The notes under the pieces: model-generated
Databases searched by the model: none
The model's input: only the letters and a program-made list of their open reading frames with translations
Told to the model about the DNA's origin: nothing
Shown: piece after piece, positions 39,547 to 50,186 of the stretch
How the letters are laid out: each line of letters opens with the position of its first letter
Position numbering within the stretch: the stretch's first letter is position 1
Program-made: the position numbers and the translations under genes
Source: Pseudomonadota bacterium
Lineage (GTDB): Bacteria > Pseudomonadota > Gammaproteobacteria > Pseudomonadales > Moraxellaceae
Assembly: GCA_040385265.1 (NCBI GenBank)
Contig: JAZKHS010000005.1
Coordinates: 7,914-71,913, forward strand
Length of the DNA: 64,000 nt
Direction of reading: 5' to 3'

Positions 39547-41163
39547 ATGTCCACGCCAGCCGTTCCCGCGCCCGCCACGCCCTCCGCTCCCGGTAGCCCT
39601 GGCAGCCCCGGCCCGAAAAAGGGCGGTGGCCTCTGGCGCTCCACCTTCGTGGTCAGCGCCATGACCATGCTCTCGCGCATCGCCGGCCTGATCCGTGACA
39701 TGGTGTTCATGAACCTGTTCGGCGCCGACCGTCTCATGGACGCCTTCCTGGTCGCCTTCAAGATTCCCAACTTCCTGCGCCGGCTGTTTGCCGAGGGCGC
39801 CTTTGCCCAGGCTTTCGTGCCGGTGCTGTCCGAGGTCAAGACCCAGCGTGGCGACAGCGCGGTCAAGGAGCTGGTGGACAAGGTCGCGGGGACCTTGTCG
39901 GTGATCCTGGGCGGGGTGACGGTGTTCGCGGTGGCGGCCGCGCCCGGCGTAATCTTCCTGTTCGCGCCCGGCTTTCGCGAGGATGTCTTCAAGTTCGGCC
40001 TGGCCGCCGACATGCTGCGCATCACCTTTCCCTATCTGCTGCTGATCTCGCTGACCGCCTTTGCCGGCGGCATCCTCAACAGCTACCAGCGCTTCGCGGC
40101 CTCGTCCTTCACCCCCGTGCTGATGAACCTGACCATGATCGGGTTCGCCCTCGGGGTGTCGCCGCTGCTGACGCAGCCGGTGATGGCGCTGGCCTGGGGC
40201 GTGCTGGTGGCGGGCGTCGTGCAGCTGGGCTTCCAGGTACCCTACCTGCGCCAGATCGGCATGCTCCCCAGGCCGCGCCTGGGCTTCAGGGATCCGGACG
40301 TCAAACGCATCCTGGGCCTGATGGTGCCGGCCATGTTCGGCGTGTCGGTCAGCCAGATCAACCTGCTGCTGGACACCATCCTGGCTTCTTTCCTGGTCAC
40401 CGGCTCGGTGTCCTGGCTCTATACGGCCGAGCGCCTGACCGAGCTGCCGCTGGGCCTGATCGGCATTGCCGTGGCCACCGTCATCCTGCCCTCGCTGTCG
40501 GCCAAGTACGCCGAGAAGAGCCATGACGAATTCCAGTCCATGCTGGACTGGGCGTTGCGCGTGATCGTGCTGGTCGGCCTGCCGGCCTCGCTGGCCATGG
40601 GCCTGCTCGCCGAACCCCTGATCGCTGCCCTGTTCATGCATGGCAAGTTCAGCGCCCATGACGTGCATATGTCGGCCGCCGCCCTGCAGGCGCTGTCGGG
40701 CGGCATCCTCGCCTTCATGATGATCAAGGTCTTTGCGCCGGGCTATTTCTCGCGCCAGGACACCCGGACCCCGGTCAAGATCGGCATTGCGGCCATGGTC
40801 GCCAACATGGCCTTCAATCTGGTGCTGGTGCTGGGCTTCGACATGGCCCATGTCGGCCTGTCCCTGGCCAGCACCCTGTCTGCCTTCCTCAACGCCGGCC
40901 TGCTCTATTGGGGCCTGCACAAGCGCGGGGTGTACCGTATCGAGCGCCACTGGCTGAAGATCGGCCTGCGCTACCTCGCCGCCAATGTGGTCATGGTGGC
41001 GGTCCTGCTGGCCATTACCCCGGATTCCGGCTGGTGGCTGGCGCCCCAGGGCAACTGGTTCAAGCTGGGCGCGGTGCTGGGCGTATGCGCGGCCGGGGCC
41101 CTGGCCTACTTCGCCGCCTTGTTCACCTTTGGCTTCCGCTTCCGGGAGATCCGCCATCACTGA
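39547..41163 (+). CDS. murJ: Lipid II flippase MurJ (MviN)
   Basis: Internal start MSTPAVPAP, a Pro-rich extension of about 30 aa. This is followed by SAMTMLSRIAGLIRDMVFMNLFGA and a 14-TM MOP-family pattern. Confidence 0.92.
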   Translation: MSTPAVPAPATPSAPGSPGSPGPKKGGGLWRSTFVVSAMTMLSRIAGLIRDMVFMNLFGADRLMDAFLVAFKIPNFLRRLFAEGAFAQAFVPVLSEVKTQRGDSAVKELVDKVAGTLSVILGGVTVFAVAAAPGVIFLFAPGFREDVFKFGLAADMLRITFPYLLLISLTAFAGGILNSYQRFAASSFTPVLMNLTMIGFALGVSPLLTQPVMALAWGVLVAGVVQLGFQVPYLRQIGMLPRPRLGFRDPDVKRILGLMVPAMFGVSVSQINLLLDTILASFLVTGSVSWLYTAERLTELPLGLIGIAVATVILPSLSAKYAEKSHDEFQSMLDWALRVIVLVGLPASLAMGLLAEPLIAALFMHGKFSAHDVHMSAAALQALSGGILAFMMIKVFAPGYFSRQDTRTPVKIGIAAMVANMAFNLVLVLGFDMAHVGLSLASTLSAFLNAGLLYWGLHKRGVYRIERHWLKIGLRYLAANVVMVAVLLAITPDSGWWLAPQGNWFKLGAVLGVCAAGALAYFAALFTFGFRFREIRHH

Positions 41164-41244
41164 CGGGGGCCGCGTCTTTCTTTATACTGCGCGGCTTGCC
41201 CTGGCCCCACTTTGGCCCCTGATAGAGGCCTGACTGTAGTCCTG

Positions 41245-42174
41245 ATGGAACTGATCCGCGGCCTCCACAACCTGCGCCCCCGCCACCACGGCTCCGTGGT
41301 GACGATCGGCAATTTCGACGGCGTCCACCTCGGCCACCAGGCCATCCTGGGCGCCCTCGGGGATGCCGGCGCGCGCCTGGGCCTGCCGGACACGGTGATG
41401 ATCTTCGAGCCGCAGCCCCAGGAGTTCTTCCAGGGCGCGGCCGCTCCCGCCCGCCTCATGCATTGGCGCGACAAGGTTGACGCCCTGGCGGCGGCCGGCG
41501 TGGCGCGGGTGCTGTGCGTGCGCTTTGACGAGCGCTTCCGCGGCCTGACCGCGCGCCAGTTCATCGACGAGTTGCTGGTGCGGGGCCTCGGTTGCCGGCA
41601 CCTGGTGATCGGCGACGACTTCCGCTTTGGTTGCGACCGCAGCGGCGACTTTGCCTTGCTGCAGGCGGCGGGGCGGGAGCAGGGCTTTGCCGTGCAGCAC
41701 ACGCCCACTATCGAGATCGACGGCGAGCGCGTCAGCAGTACCCGCATTCGCGCCGCGCTGCGCCTCGGCGACTTCGCCCTGGCGGCGCGCCTGCTGGGCC
41801 GGCCCTACAGCGTCAGCGGCCACGTGGTGCACGGCGACAAGATCGGTCGCACGCTCGGCGTACCCACCGCCAACGTGCTGGCGCAGCGCCAGGTATCGCC
41901 GCTCGGCGGCATTTATGCCGTGACCGTGCGCAACTGCGTCACCGGGCAGTCGGCGCACGGCGCCTGCAGCGTGGGCAAGCGCCCCACCGTGAACGGGCTG
42001 GACGAGCGCTTTGAAACCTATTTGCTGGATTTTGAGGGCGACATCTACGGCCACCGTATCCACATCGAATTCCACCACAAGATCCGCGACGAGCTGAAGT
42101 TCAACGGCCTCGAGGAACTCAAGGTGGCGATGTGGAACGACATCGCCCAGACGCGCCGTTATTTCGGAATTTGA
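41245..42174 (+). CDS. ribF: Bifunctional riboflavin kinase / FMN adenylyltransferase
   Basis: Starts [32 protein letters not shown], and has the C-terminal kinase motif GKRPT...E..L.DF. Confidence 0.95.
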   Translation: MELIRGLHNLRPRHHGSVVTIGNFDGVHLGHQAILGALGDAGARLGLPDTVMIFEPQPQEFFQGAAAPARLMHWRDKVDALAAAGVARVLCVRFDERFRGLTARQFIDELLVRGLGCRHLVIGDDFRFGCDRSGDFALLQAAGREQGFAVQHTPTIEIDGERVSSTRIRAALRLGDFALAARLLGRPYSVSGHVVHGDKIGRTLGVPTANVLAQRQVSPLGGIYAVTVRNCVTGQSAHGACSVGKRPTVNGLDERFETYLLDFEGDIYGHRIHIEFHHKIRDELKFNGLEELKVAMWNDIAQTRRYFGI

Positions 42175-42191
42175 GACCCAAAAGAAAGACC

Positions 42192-45044
42192 ATGACAGCC
42201 CAGAACCCCGTGGACTACAAGCCGACGCTGAACCTGCCGGAAACCGGTTTCGCCATGAAGGCCAGCCTCGCCACGCGCGAGCCCGCCATGGTGGCCGCCT
42301 GGCAGGAGAACAAGCTCTACGAGAAGATCCGTGAGGCCCGCCGCGGCGCGCCGAAATACATCCTGCACGACGGCCCCCCTTACGCCAACGGCGACATCCA
42401 CATCGGCCATGCCGTCAACAAGATCCTCAAGGACATCATCGTCAAGTCCAGGACGCTGTCCGGCTTCGACGCGCCCTATGTCCCGGGCTGGGACTGCCAT
42501 GGCCTGCCCATCGAGCTCAATGTCGAGAAGAAGTTCGGCAAGCCGGGCGACAAGGTGACCGCCAAGGAATTCCGCCAGCACTGCCGCGAGTACGCGCAGT
42601 CGCAGGTCGAGAAGCAGCGCAGCGACTTCATGCGCCTGGGCGTGCTCGGCGACTGGTTCAACCCCTACCTGACCATGAACTTCACGCAGGAAGCCGACAT
42701 CATCCGCGTGCTGGGCCGGATCGCGCAGAACGGTCATCTGCACAAGGGCCTGAAGCCGGTGCACTGGTGCATGGATTGCGGCTCTGCGCTGGCCGAGGCG
42801 GAAGTCGAGTACGACGACAAGCAGTCGCATGCCGTGGACGTCGGCTTCCCGGTCAAGGACCTGGCGGATCTCGCGAAGCGCGCCGGCCTTCCCGCGCTCG
42901 ACCTGCCGGTGGACGTGGTGATCTGGACCACGACGCCGTGGACGCTGCCCGCCAACCAGGCGGTGAGCCTGCACCCTGAATTCGATTACGCCATTGTCGC
43001 CGCCACCATCAATGGCGAGCGCCGCGCCCTTGTCGTCGCCGCCGCCCTCGTGGAAGGCGCGCTGGCGCGCTACGAAGCAGCCGACGCCGAGATCCTGGCC
43101 ACCGTCACTGGCGCCACCCTCGAGCACCTGGCGCTGCTGCACCCCTTCTTCGAGCGCGAAGTGCCGGTCATCGTCGGCGAGCATGTCACTGCCGACTCCG
43201 GCACCGGCGCCGTGCACACCGCGCCCGGCCACGGCCAGGATGACTTCGTGATCGGCCGCAAATACGGCCTCACCGTCGACAACCCGGTGGACAACGCCGG
43301 CGTGTTCCTGCCGTCCACGCCGCTTTTCGCCGGCCTGCACGTGAACAAGGCCAATGAGCCCATCATCGAGACGCTGAAGTCCAAGTCGCGCGCCAACCGC
43401 TCGCTGCTGCTGGCGCACAAGAAGATCCAGCACAGCTATCCGCATTGCTGGCGGCACAAGACCCCCATCATTTTCCGCGCCACGCCGCAGTGGTTCATCA
43501 GCATGGAGCAGGCCGGCCTGCGCGACAGCGCCATGGCCGCCATTCCGGGCGTGCAGTGGGTGCCGGACTGGGGCCAGGCGCGCATCGAGGGCATGATTGC
43601 CGGCCGCCCGGACTGGTGTATCTCGCGCCAGCGCACCTGGGGCGTGCCCATCACCCTGTTCGTGCACAAGGAAAGCGGCGAGCTGCATCCGCAGACGGCG
43701 GAGCTCATTGAGAAAGTTGCAGAGAAAGTTGAAAAGTCAGGCATCGATGCCTGGTTTGACCTGGCGCCGACGGAGTTGCTGGGTGATGACGCCAAAAATT
43801 ATGACAAGGTCACCGATACCCTGGACGTGTGGTTCGACTCCGGCGTGACGCACACCTGCGTGCTCAAGCGCTTCGATGGCCTGCAATACCCGGCCGATCT
43901 TTACCTCGAAGGCTCCGACCAGCACCGCGGCTGGTTCCAGTCCTCCTTGCTGACCGCGCTGGCCGCCAATGGCCAGGCGCCGTTCAGGACGGTGCTGACC
44001 CACGGCTTTACCGTGGACGGGCAGGGCAAGAAGATGTCCAAGTCGGTGGGCAACGTAGTGGCGCCGCAGAAGGTCATGCAGACCCTGGGCGCGGATATTA
44101 TCCGTCTCTGGGTCGCGGCCACCGATTACCGCGGCGAGATGTCGGTGAGCGACGAGATCCTGACGCGCATGTCGGACTCCTACCGCCGCATCCGCAACAC
44201 GCTACGCTTTTTGCTGTCCAACCTGAACGGCTTTGATCCGGCGCAGCACCTGGTGCCGGCCGACCAGATGCTGGCGCTGGATCGCTGGGTGGTGGACCGT
44301 GCCGCGCTGCTGCAGAGCGACATCGTAGGCGCCTACGACAACTTCCAGTTCCACCAGATCTACCATAAGCTGCACGGCTTCTGCGTGGCCGAGCTGGGTG
44401 GCTTCTATCTCGACATCATCAAGGACCGCCAGTACACGACGCAGCCGGATTCGCTGGCGCGGCGTTCGGCGCAGACGGCCCTCTATCATATTGCCGAGGC
44501 CTTCACGCGCTGGATGGCACCCATCCTGAGCTTCACCGCCGACGAGATCTGGGCGGTGCTGCCGGGCGCGCGCGGTGAATCCGTGCAGCTCGAAACCTGG
44601 TACACGGGCCTGGCGGAGCTGCCGCAGGGCGCCGGCGAGCCCACCCTGACCCGCGCCTACTGGGACGAGGTGATGGCGGTGAAGTCGGCGGTGAACAAGG
44701 AGATCGAGGAAGCGCGCAACCGCAAGGAGGTGGGCTCCGGCCTGTCCGCCGAGGTCGATCTTTATGTGTCGCCGGCGCACCGGCAGACGCTGGCCGCCAT
44801 GGGCGATGAGCTGCGCTTCGTGCTCATCACCTCGGCGGTGCGCCTGCAGCCCTTCGCGGAAGAAGGGGTCGCGACCACGGTGGAGGGCTTGCGCGTGAAG
44901 GTGACGCCCTCGGCGCATGCCAAGTGCGCGCGCTGCTGGCATTACCGTGCCGACGTCGGCGCCAATGCGGCGCATGCCGACCTCTGCCTGCGTTGCGTGG
45001 ACAACCTGCCCGGCGGCGCGGGCGAAACGCGCCACTTTGCCTGA
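42192..45044 (+). CDS. ileS: Isoleucine--tRNA ligase
   Basis: 950 aa from [20 protein letters not shown]. The class I motifs HIGH ([11 protein letters not shown]) and KMSKS are present, along with a C-terminal zinc-binding CxxC pair. Confidence 0.98.
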   Translation: MTAQNPVDYKPTLNLPETGFAMKASLATREPAMVAAWQENKLYEKIREARRGAPKYILHDGPPYANGDIHIGHAVNKILKDIIVKSRTLSGFDAPYVPGWDCHGLPIELNVEKKFGKPGDKVTAKEFRQHCREYAQSQVEKQRSDFMRLGVLGDWFNPYLTMNFTQEADIIRVLGRIAQNGHLHKGLKPVHWCMDCGSALAEAEVEYDDKQSHAVDVGFPVKDLADLAKRAGLPALDLPVDVVIWTTTPWTLPANQAVSLHPEFDYAIVAATINGERRALVVAAALVEGALARYEAADAEILATVTGATLEHLALLHPFFEREVPVIVGEHVTADSGTGAVHTAPGHGQDDFVIGRKYGLTVDNPVDNAGVFLPSTPLFAGLHVNKANEPIIETLKSKSRANRSLLLAHKKIQHSYPHCWRHKTPIIFRATPQWFISMEQAGLRDSAMAAIPGVQWVPDWGQARIEGMIAGRPDWCISRQRTWGVPITLFVHKESGELHPQTAELIEKVAEKVEKSGIDAWFDLAPTELLGDDAKNYDKVTDTLDVWFDSGVTHTCVLKRFDGLQYPADLYLEGSDQHRGWFQSSLLTALAANGQAPFRTVLTHGFTVDGQGKKMSKSVGNVVAPQKVMQTLGADIIRLWVAATDYRGEMSVSDEILTRMSDSYRRIRNTLRFLLSNLNGFDPAQHLVPADQMLALDRWVVDRAALLQSDIVGAYDNFQFHQIYHKLHGFCVAELGGFYLDIIKDRQYTTQPDSLARRSAQTALYHIAEAFTRWMAPILSFTADEIWAVLPGARGESVQLETWYTGLAELPQGAGEPTLTRAYWDEVMAVKSAVNKEIEEARNRKEVGSGLSAEVDLYVSPAHRQTLAAMGDELRFVLITSAVRLQPFAEEGVATTVEGLRVKVTPSAHAKCARCWHYRADVGANAAHADLCLRCVDNLPGGAGETRHFA

Positions 45045-45054
45045 GGACTCCCCT

Positions 45055-45555
45055 GTGGACCAACAAGCTCGCAAGAACCTGAAGTGGCTGTGGCTGGCCC
45101 TCGCGATCATTGTCCTGGACCTGGCCACCAAGGCCTGGTTCAGCGCCACCATGCAGCTGGGCGAGTCGCGCCAGTTGCTGCCCTTCTTCAACTGGACGCT
45201 GGCGCACAACTACGGCGCCGCGTTCAGCTTTCTTCATGACGCCGGCGGCTGGCAGCGCTGGTTCTTCGGCGGCATCGCCGTGGTGGTAAGCGTGGGCCTG
45301 GTGTGGTGGCTGACGCAGCTGAAGGCCAACGAAGGTTTCCTGGCCCTGGGCCTGGCGCTGGTGCTGGGCGGCGCGCTCGGCAACCTGCATGACCGCGTCA
45401 CCCTGGGCTATGTGGTGGACTTTATCCATGTCCATTACGGCACCTGGCATTTCCCGGCGTTCAATATTGCCGACTGCGGCATCTCCGTGGGCGCCTTCAT
45501 CCTTATCTTTGACTCTCTTTTCCTCGAGAGAAGGCGGCAGGTGGAAAGTGTCTGA
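45055..45555 (+). CDS. lspA: Lipoprotein signal peptidase (signal peptidase II)
   Basis: In-frame GTG at 45055, 10 nt after the ileS stop. The sequence includes LWLALAIIVLDLATK...FNWTLAHNYGAAFSFL...FNIADCGISVGA. Confidence 0.9.
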   Translation: MDQQARKNLKWLWLALAIIVLDLATKAWFSATMQLGESRQLLPFFNWTLAHNYGAAFSFLHDAGGWQRWFFGGIAVVVSVGLVWWLTQLKANEGFLALGLALVLGGALGNLHDRVTLGYVVDFIHVHYGTWHFPAFNIADCGISVGAFILIFDSLFLERRRQVESV

Positions 45556-46012
45556 GCGAATTGGCCAGGGCAAGAAAGTCACCCTGCATTTTTCCGTGGC
45601 ACTGGCGGACGGCACGGTGGTGGACAACACCCGCACCGGTGGCGAGCCGGCCGAGTTCACGGTGGGCGACGGCAGCCTGCTGCCGGGCTTCGAGCAGTCG
45701 CTGATGGGGCTCGCGGCCGGCGATCGCCGTTCGGTGTTCATCGATGCCAGGCACGGTTTTGGCGACCGGAATCCGGATAACGAGCAGACCTTTACCCGGC
45801 TGCAGTTCGGCGACATGAAGCTGGAGCCGGGACTGGTGATCTCGTTTGCCGACCGCAGCGGCGAATTGCCGGGCGTAGTGAAAGAGGTGCACGAGGACAC
45901 GGTGGTGGTGGATTTCAATCATCCCCTGGCCGGGCGCGACCTGGTCTTCGAGGTCGACATCATTCGCGTGATGGATGCCGACGCCTCGCCCGTCAGCCTG
46001 GGCCTGAAATAG
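45548..46012 (+). CDS. fkpB: FKBP-type peptidyl-prolyl cis-trans isomerase (FkpB/SlpA-like)
   Basis: GTG start overlapping the lspA stop. The sequence includes KKVTLHFSVALADGTVVDNT...FTVGDGSLLPGFEQSLMGL...DFNHPLAGRDLVFEVDII. Confidence 0.88.
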   Translation: MSERIGQGKKVTLHFSVALADGTVVDNTRTGGEPAEFTVGDGSLLPGFEQSLMGLAAGDRRSVFIDARHGFGDRNPDNEQTFTRLQFGDMKLEPGLVISFADRSGELPGVVKEVHEDTVVVDFNHPLAGRDLVFEVDIIRVMDADASPVSLGLK

Positions 46013-46274
46013 GCGTCGGGCACTCCTGGCTGCAATGGGCGCCGAGGTTCCCCGGGTCGGAAACCGGCGGCGAGGGCTGCCGGGGCCCGGAAGCAAGTGG
46101 TGGCCAAGGCGCCTTGGGCCTGCCCACGGTGACCCTGAAGCTCCCTGTGGCAAGGGGCCTGGGGCCGAAACGAGCGGTGTTCAGGAGGTCCTGGCTCCGC
46201 GTAACCCCCATTTTCCTCATGGTTGAAGCGGCAAGGGCAGGGGCGCAGGATTGCCTCCCCCGGGAGAACTGAAC

Positions 46275-47225
46275 ATGCAAATCAAACTCGCCAATCCCCG
46301 TGGCTTCTGCGCCGGCGTGGACCGTGCCATCGAGATCGTCAATCGAGCTCTCGAGGTCTTCGGCCCGCCCATCTATGTCCGCCATGAGGTCGTCCACAAC
46401 AAGTTCGTGGTCGATGACCTGCGCAACCGCGGCGCCATCTTCGTGGACGAGCTGGACCAGGTGCCGGATGACGGGGTGGTGATCTTCTCCGCGCATGGCG
46501 TGTCCCGGGAGGTGCAGGCCGAGGCGGCCCGGCGCGGCCTGCGCGTATTCGACGCCACCTGCCCGCTGGTGACCAAGGTGCATATGGAAGTCAGCCGCTA
46601 CGCCCGCCAGGGCGTCGAGGCCGTCCTGATCGGCCATGAAGGCCATCCCGAGGTCGAGGGCACCATGGGCCAGTACGACCGGCGCGGGGGAGGGGAGATC
46701 TATCTGGTCGAGGACGAGGCCGATGTGGCCGCCCTGGTGGTCGGAAATCCCGGGAAGCTGGCCTACGTCACCCAGACCACCCTGTCGGTGGACGACACTT
46801 CGCGGGTCATCGACGCCTTGCGCGCGCGCTTCCCCGCTATCCAGGGGCCGCGCAAGGACGATATCTGCTACGCCACCCAGAACCGCCAGGACGCGGTGAA
46901 GCAGCTGGCCGCCGATGCCGAGGTGGTGCTGGTGGTCGGCTCCCCCAATTCCTCCAACTCCAACCGCCTGCGCGAGCTGGCCGAGCGCATGGGCGCGCGC
47001 GCCTACCTGATCGACAACGCCGACCAGATCGACCAGGCCTGGCTGGCCGGCGCCCGGGTGGTGGGGCTTACCGCCGGTGCCTCCGCCCCCGAAGTGCTGA
47101 TCCAGGCAGTCATCGCCCGCCTGCGCGAGTGGGGCGGCGAGGTACCGGTGGAGCTGGAGGGGCGTCCCGAGCACATCGTCTTTTCCATGCCCCGCGAGCT
47201 GCGCATCCCCACTCGTTCGGTCTGA
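46275..47225 (+). CDS. ispH: 4-hydroxy-3-methylbut-2-enyl diphosphate reductase
   Basis: Starts [22 protein letters not shown], and has the conserved Cys residues ([19 protein letters not shown]). Confidence 0.97.
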   Translation: MQIKLANPRGFCAGVDRAIEIVNRALEVFGPPIYVRHEVVHNKFVVDDLRNRGAIFVDELDQVPDDGVVIFSAHGVSREVQAEAARRGLRVFDATCPLVTKVHMEVSRYARQGVEAVLIGHEGHPEVEGTMGQYDRRGGGEIYLVEDEADVAALVVGNPGKLAYVTQTTLSVDDTSRVIDALRARFPAIQGPRKDDICYATQNRQDAVKQLAADAEVVLVVGSPNSSNSNRLRELAERMGARAYLIDNADQIDQAWLAGARVVGLTAGASAPEVLIQAVIARLREWGGEVPVELEGRPEHIVFSMPRELRIPTRSV

Positions 47226-47522
47226 TTCGGGGTGACCTTCCGTGTCGGCCCCGCATTACCTCTTTTTATCAGTCTTGTCTGACAAAAGGCCCGGAAAATG
47301 CCCCCGCCAGCCTTCCGCCGGCGCTCGTCGCCATGGGCGGCCGTCCATCCTTTGTCAGCGCTAAGTTACTGAAATTTGAATTGGTTAACACCTTGGAAGG
47401 CCCCGTTTCCGTCCGGTGGCTGCATTATGCCGGCCGTCCTTCAGACGGTTGTGGTGGCGTAAGGCCTTAACTAAGGTTCACACATCCTAGAAGGGTATTG
47501 GATTGTCACTTTTGGACAGGAT

Positions 47523-48041
47523 ATGTCAGTGCGCAAAATAAGCGGGTTCACGATCTTTGAAATGATGATCGTGGTTGCGATCACGGGGATCGCGACCGCC
47601 TTCGCTGTTCCGGAGTTCCAGGACATGATGGCCCGGAACCGGGTCGGTGCCGCGGCCGATGAGATGGTCAACGCCCTGTCCGCCGCCCGTAACACGGCCA
47701 TCAGTCGCCGGCGCGACGTTGTCATGACCAGGACGGGAACGGTGTGGGAGTCCCGGCTGGATAATGCCACGACGGGCATCAAGCTGGGCCGGCTGGAAAC
47801 CCAGTCGCCCGTGATTGCGACCTTCTGGCAGGGGGCTACCGTGAGCAATGATGTCACCCAGATGACCTTCGAGCCGAGCGGCCTGGTCAAGAAGACCTCC
47901 GGCGGCACCGAGTCCCTCAGCCTGACCATCCGCTATTGCGACAGCGGATCCCGGCGCGAGACCGGCAAGGACATCACCGTGAGCCGCATCGGCCGTATCG
48001 TGGCCAAGAAGCACTCCAGCCTTTCCACTTGTAACCCATGA
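47523..48041 (+). CDS. fimU: GspH/FimT-family type IV minor pseudopilin (FimU position)
   Basis: 172 aa with the prepilin leader MSVRKISG/FTIFEMMIVVAI. It has Glu at +5 and a GspH-like body with a C-terminal Cys pair. Confidence 0.8.
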   Translation: MSVRKISGFTIFEMMIVVAITGIATAFAVPEFQDMMARNRVGAAADEMVNALSAARNTAISRRRDVVMTRTGTVWESRLDNATTGIKLGRLETQSPVIATFWQGATVSNDVTQMTFEPSGLVKKTSGGTESLSLTIRYCDSGSRRETGKDITVSRIGRIVAKKHSSLSTCNP

Positions 48042-48595
48042 GCAGGCAGAACGTCATGACCTCCACATTCACCCCCTCTCGCCAGACCGGCTTTGGTCTC
48101 GTCGAAGTGCTGGCCGCCGTGCTGGTGCTGGGTGTCGGCGTGATCGGCTTTGCCGCTCTGCAGATGCGGGCCATCCATGCCAGCGGCGACGCCTATGCCC
48201 GCACCCAGGCCATTGCCATTGCCCAGGACCTGGCCGAGCGCATGCGCGTGAACCTGACCCAGGCTGCCGCGTACCGGACGGCCGCCAACTGGACATCCGC
48301 GGTGCCCACGGCGGCGCCGACTACCTGCTCCACCACGACCGCCGACTGCTCGACGGCCACCATGGTCACCTATGACGTCGCCAGCGTTCGCTACAACGCC
48401 GCTACCTTGCTGCCGCAGGGCCTGATGAGGGTGGAGGGCTGCCAGGGCAGTACCATGACCTGTGTTTATGTTGCCTGGGATGGCCTGCAGCCGACCGCGG
48501 GCACCGGCGGCGAGTGCGTGACAGACGCCGGCGCCTACGTCAGTCCGGGCGCGAACCGTCCCTCCCTGTCCTGCGTGATGCTGGAGGTGCAGTGA
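48038..48595 (+). CDS. pilV: Type IV pilus minor pilin PilV
   Basis: 185 aa. It has the class III signal ...RQTG/FGLVEVLAAVLVLGVGVIGFAALQ, typical of PilV, and overlaps fimU as ATGA. Confidence 0.85.
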   Translation: MSRQNVMTSTFTPSRQTGFGLVEVLAAVLVLGVGVIGFAALQMRAIHASGDAYARTQAIAIAQDLAERMRVNLTQAAAYRTAANWTSAVPTAAPTTCSTTTADCSTATMVTYDVASVRYNAATLLPQGLMRVEGCQGSTMTCVYVAWDGLQPTAGTGGECVTDAGAYVSPGANRPSLSCVMLEVQ

Positions 48596-49455
48596 TGAAT
48601 CGCCAGCAGGGTTTCTCCATGCTCGAGCTGATGGTGGCGATGGCGCTGGGGCTGCTGATCTCGGCTGCCGCCATCCAGCTCTTCCTGGCCAACCAGGTGT
48701 CCCTGAATTTCCAGCGGGGCATGAATGACGTGCAGGCCAACGGCCGCTTTGCCATCGACCAGGTGGTGCATGACGTCCGGCTGGCGGGCCTCGGCGCCAC
48801 CGCCACCAGCGCGCCGGTGGCCTCGATTGTGTTCGTCGCCGCCGATCTCCCCGGTCTCGACTCCGCCAGCACCGCGGTGACCTCGGACGCCAATGCCCTG
48901 GCCGGCCTGCTCAGCGACAGCGACCAGCTGGTGCTGCAGTACTTCGCGATGGTGGACAGCATCGATTGCGAAGGCAACACGGTAGCCGCCGGGCGCTACG
49001 TGGTAGCGCGCTATTTTATCCGCCTTGACGAAAACAATGTCTCGGCCCTGGCCTGCGACGGCAGCAGCCATGATGGCGCCGCCCTCGAAACGGCCTCTGG
49101 CAAGGGATACGGCGATGACGGCGTCATCTTGCTGAGTGGCGTGGACAGCTTCCAGGTGCAGTACGGCGTGGATGACAAGGCGGTCGATGGCGCCACCAAC
49201 GGCGTGGCCCGCATCGCCCGCTATGTGGACGCCACGACGTTCAAGACCTATGCCCCCGCGCCGACGGTCCTGGCCGTGCGCCTGGGTGTCTACGCACATT
49301 CAGCGGAAGCCGCGGGCGACGTGCAGCGGCCTGCCAACGATATCCAGGTCCTGGATGTCCTGATCGACAAGGACGATGTCCCGAGTGACCGTTTCATGCG
49401 CCGGCTGTTCATCTCCACCATTTCCCTGCGCAACATCGATCTGAAGGGGGTCTGA
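48595..49455 (+). CDS. pilW: Type IV pilus minor pilin PilW
   Basis: Internal start MNRQQG/FSMLELMVAMALGLLISAAAIQLF, overlapping the pilV stop as TGATG. 286 aa. Confidence 0.85.
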   Translation: MNRQQGFSMLELMVAMALGLLISAAAIQLFLANQVSLNFQRGMNDVQANGRFAIDQVVHDVRLAGLGATATSAPVASIVFVAADLPGLDSASTAVTSDANALAGLLSDSDQLVLQYFAMVDSIDCEGNTVAAGRYVVARYFIRLDENNVSALACDGSSHDGAALETASGKGYGDDGVILLSGVDSFQVQYGVDDKAVDGATNGVARIARYVDATTFKTYAPAPTVLAVRLGVYAHSAEAAGDVQRPANDIQVLDVLIDKDDVPSDRFMRRLFISTISLRNIDLKGV

Positions 49456-49462
49456 GCCAGCC

Positions 49463-50161
49463 ATGAAGCCCGAGCGCACTTTCCCTCACCGCCAGCGGGG
49501 CGTGGTCCTGATCGTGACCCTGGTCATCCTGGTCATCATCACCTTCGTGGGCCTGATCGCCATGCGCACCGGCATGCTGCAGGTGGCCATGTCGACCAAC
49601 TCGCAGGTCAGCGCCGTGCTGTTCCAGAATGCCGATGCCGGCACGATCGTGGTCGAAAACAAGGTCAATGCGGATCCCAACTATGCCAACGGAGCCACCG
49701 GCCCCGTCACGCTGGCCAGGGACAATCCCGGGGTCGACATCGTGGGTTGCCTGAAGAAGGGGACAACCGGACTGGTAATGTCCACCGCGGTGGCCTCACC
49801 GGCACGCTGCGACCCTACCCAGGGCGCCGACTTCGTCAGCGGCCGTGGCGTGGTGGTGGTGCAGGTGGCGCTGCGCGCCCCGGCCGATGCCACGGGCAAT
49901 GCGCAGGTCGTGAAGAATTACGGCACTGACGACAGCGTGCTGCCGGGCGGGGGCAGCGTGCTGCTCGCCGCCTACTCTACTTCGGTCATGCCCAACTACG
50001 GCAGTGCGACCGCAGGAGAAATCAAGACTTGCCTGGAGGGAGCCCAGGAGGCGACCGCTACGGTGCCGAGTACGGTCACGAGCTGTTTGTCCGGCAAGAA
50101 CGCCTCGTTCCAGACAGTGGTGCAGGAATTCGTGTACGGATATGGCGGTTACCAAAATTAA
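49463..50161 (+). CDS. pilX: Type IV pilus minor pilin PilX
   Basis: 232 aa. MKPERTFPHRQRG/VVLIVTLVILVIITFVGLIAM is a PilX N-terminal domain. It occupies the position between pilW and pilY1. Confidence 0.8.
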   Translation: MKPERTFPHRQRGVVLIVTLVILVIITFVGLIAMRTGMLQVAMSTNSQVSAVLFQNADAGTIVVENKVNADPNYANGATGPVTLARDNPGVDIVGCLKKGTTGLVMSTAVASPARCDPTQGADFVSGRGVVVVQVALRAPADATGNAQVVKNYGTDDSVLPGGGSVLLAAYSTSVMPNYGSATAGEIKTCLEGAQEATATVPSTVTSCLSGKNASFQTVVQEFVYGYGGYQN

Positions 50162-50186
50162 AAGACACCCCGAGCGAGGTGATGTC

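Noticed and set aside
47403-47413. AlgR-like site CCGTTTCCGTC upstream of fimU.
   Set aside because: It resembles the remembered P. aeruginosa AlgR core (CCGTTCGTC) only if an insertion is allowed. A single degenerate hit in a GC-rich region is not evidence.
47417-47430. Sigma-54-like motif TGGCTGCATTATGC upstream of fimU.
   Set aside because: The GG-to-GC spacing is one nucleotide short of the TGGCAC-N5-TTGC consensus, and the -12 element is poor. Minor-pilin operons are not known to need sigma-54.
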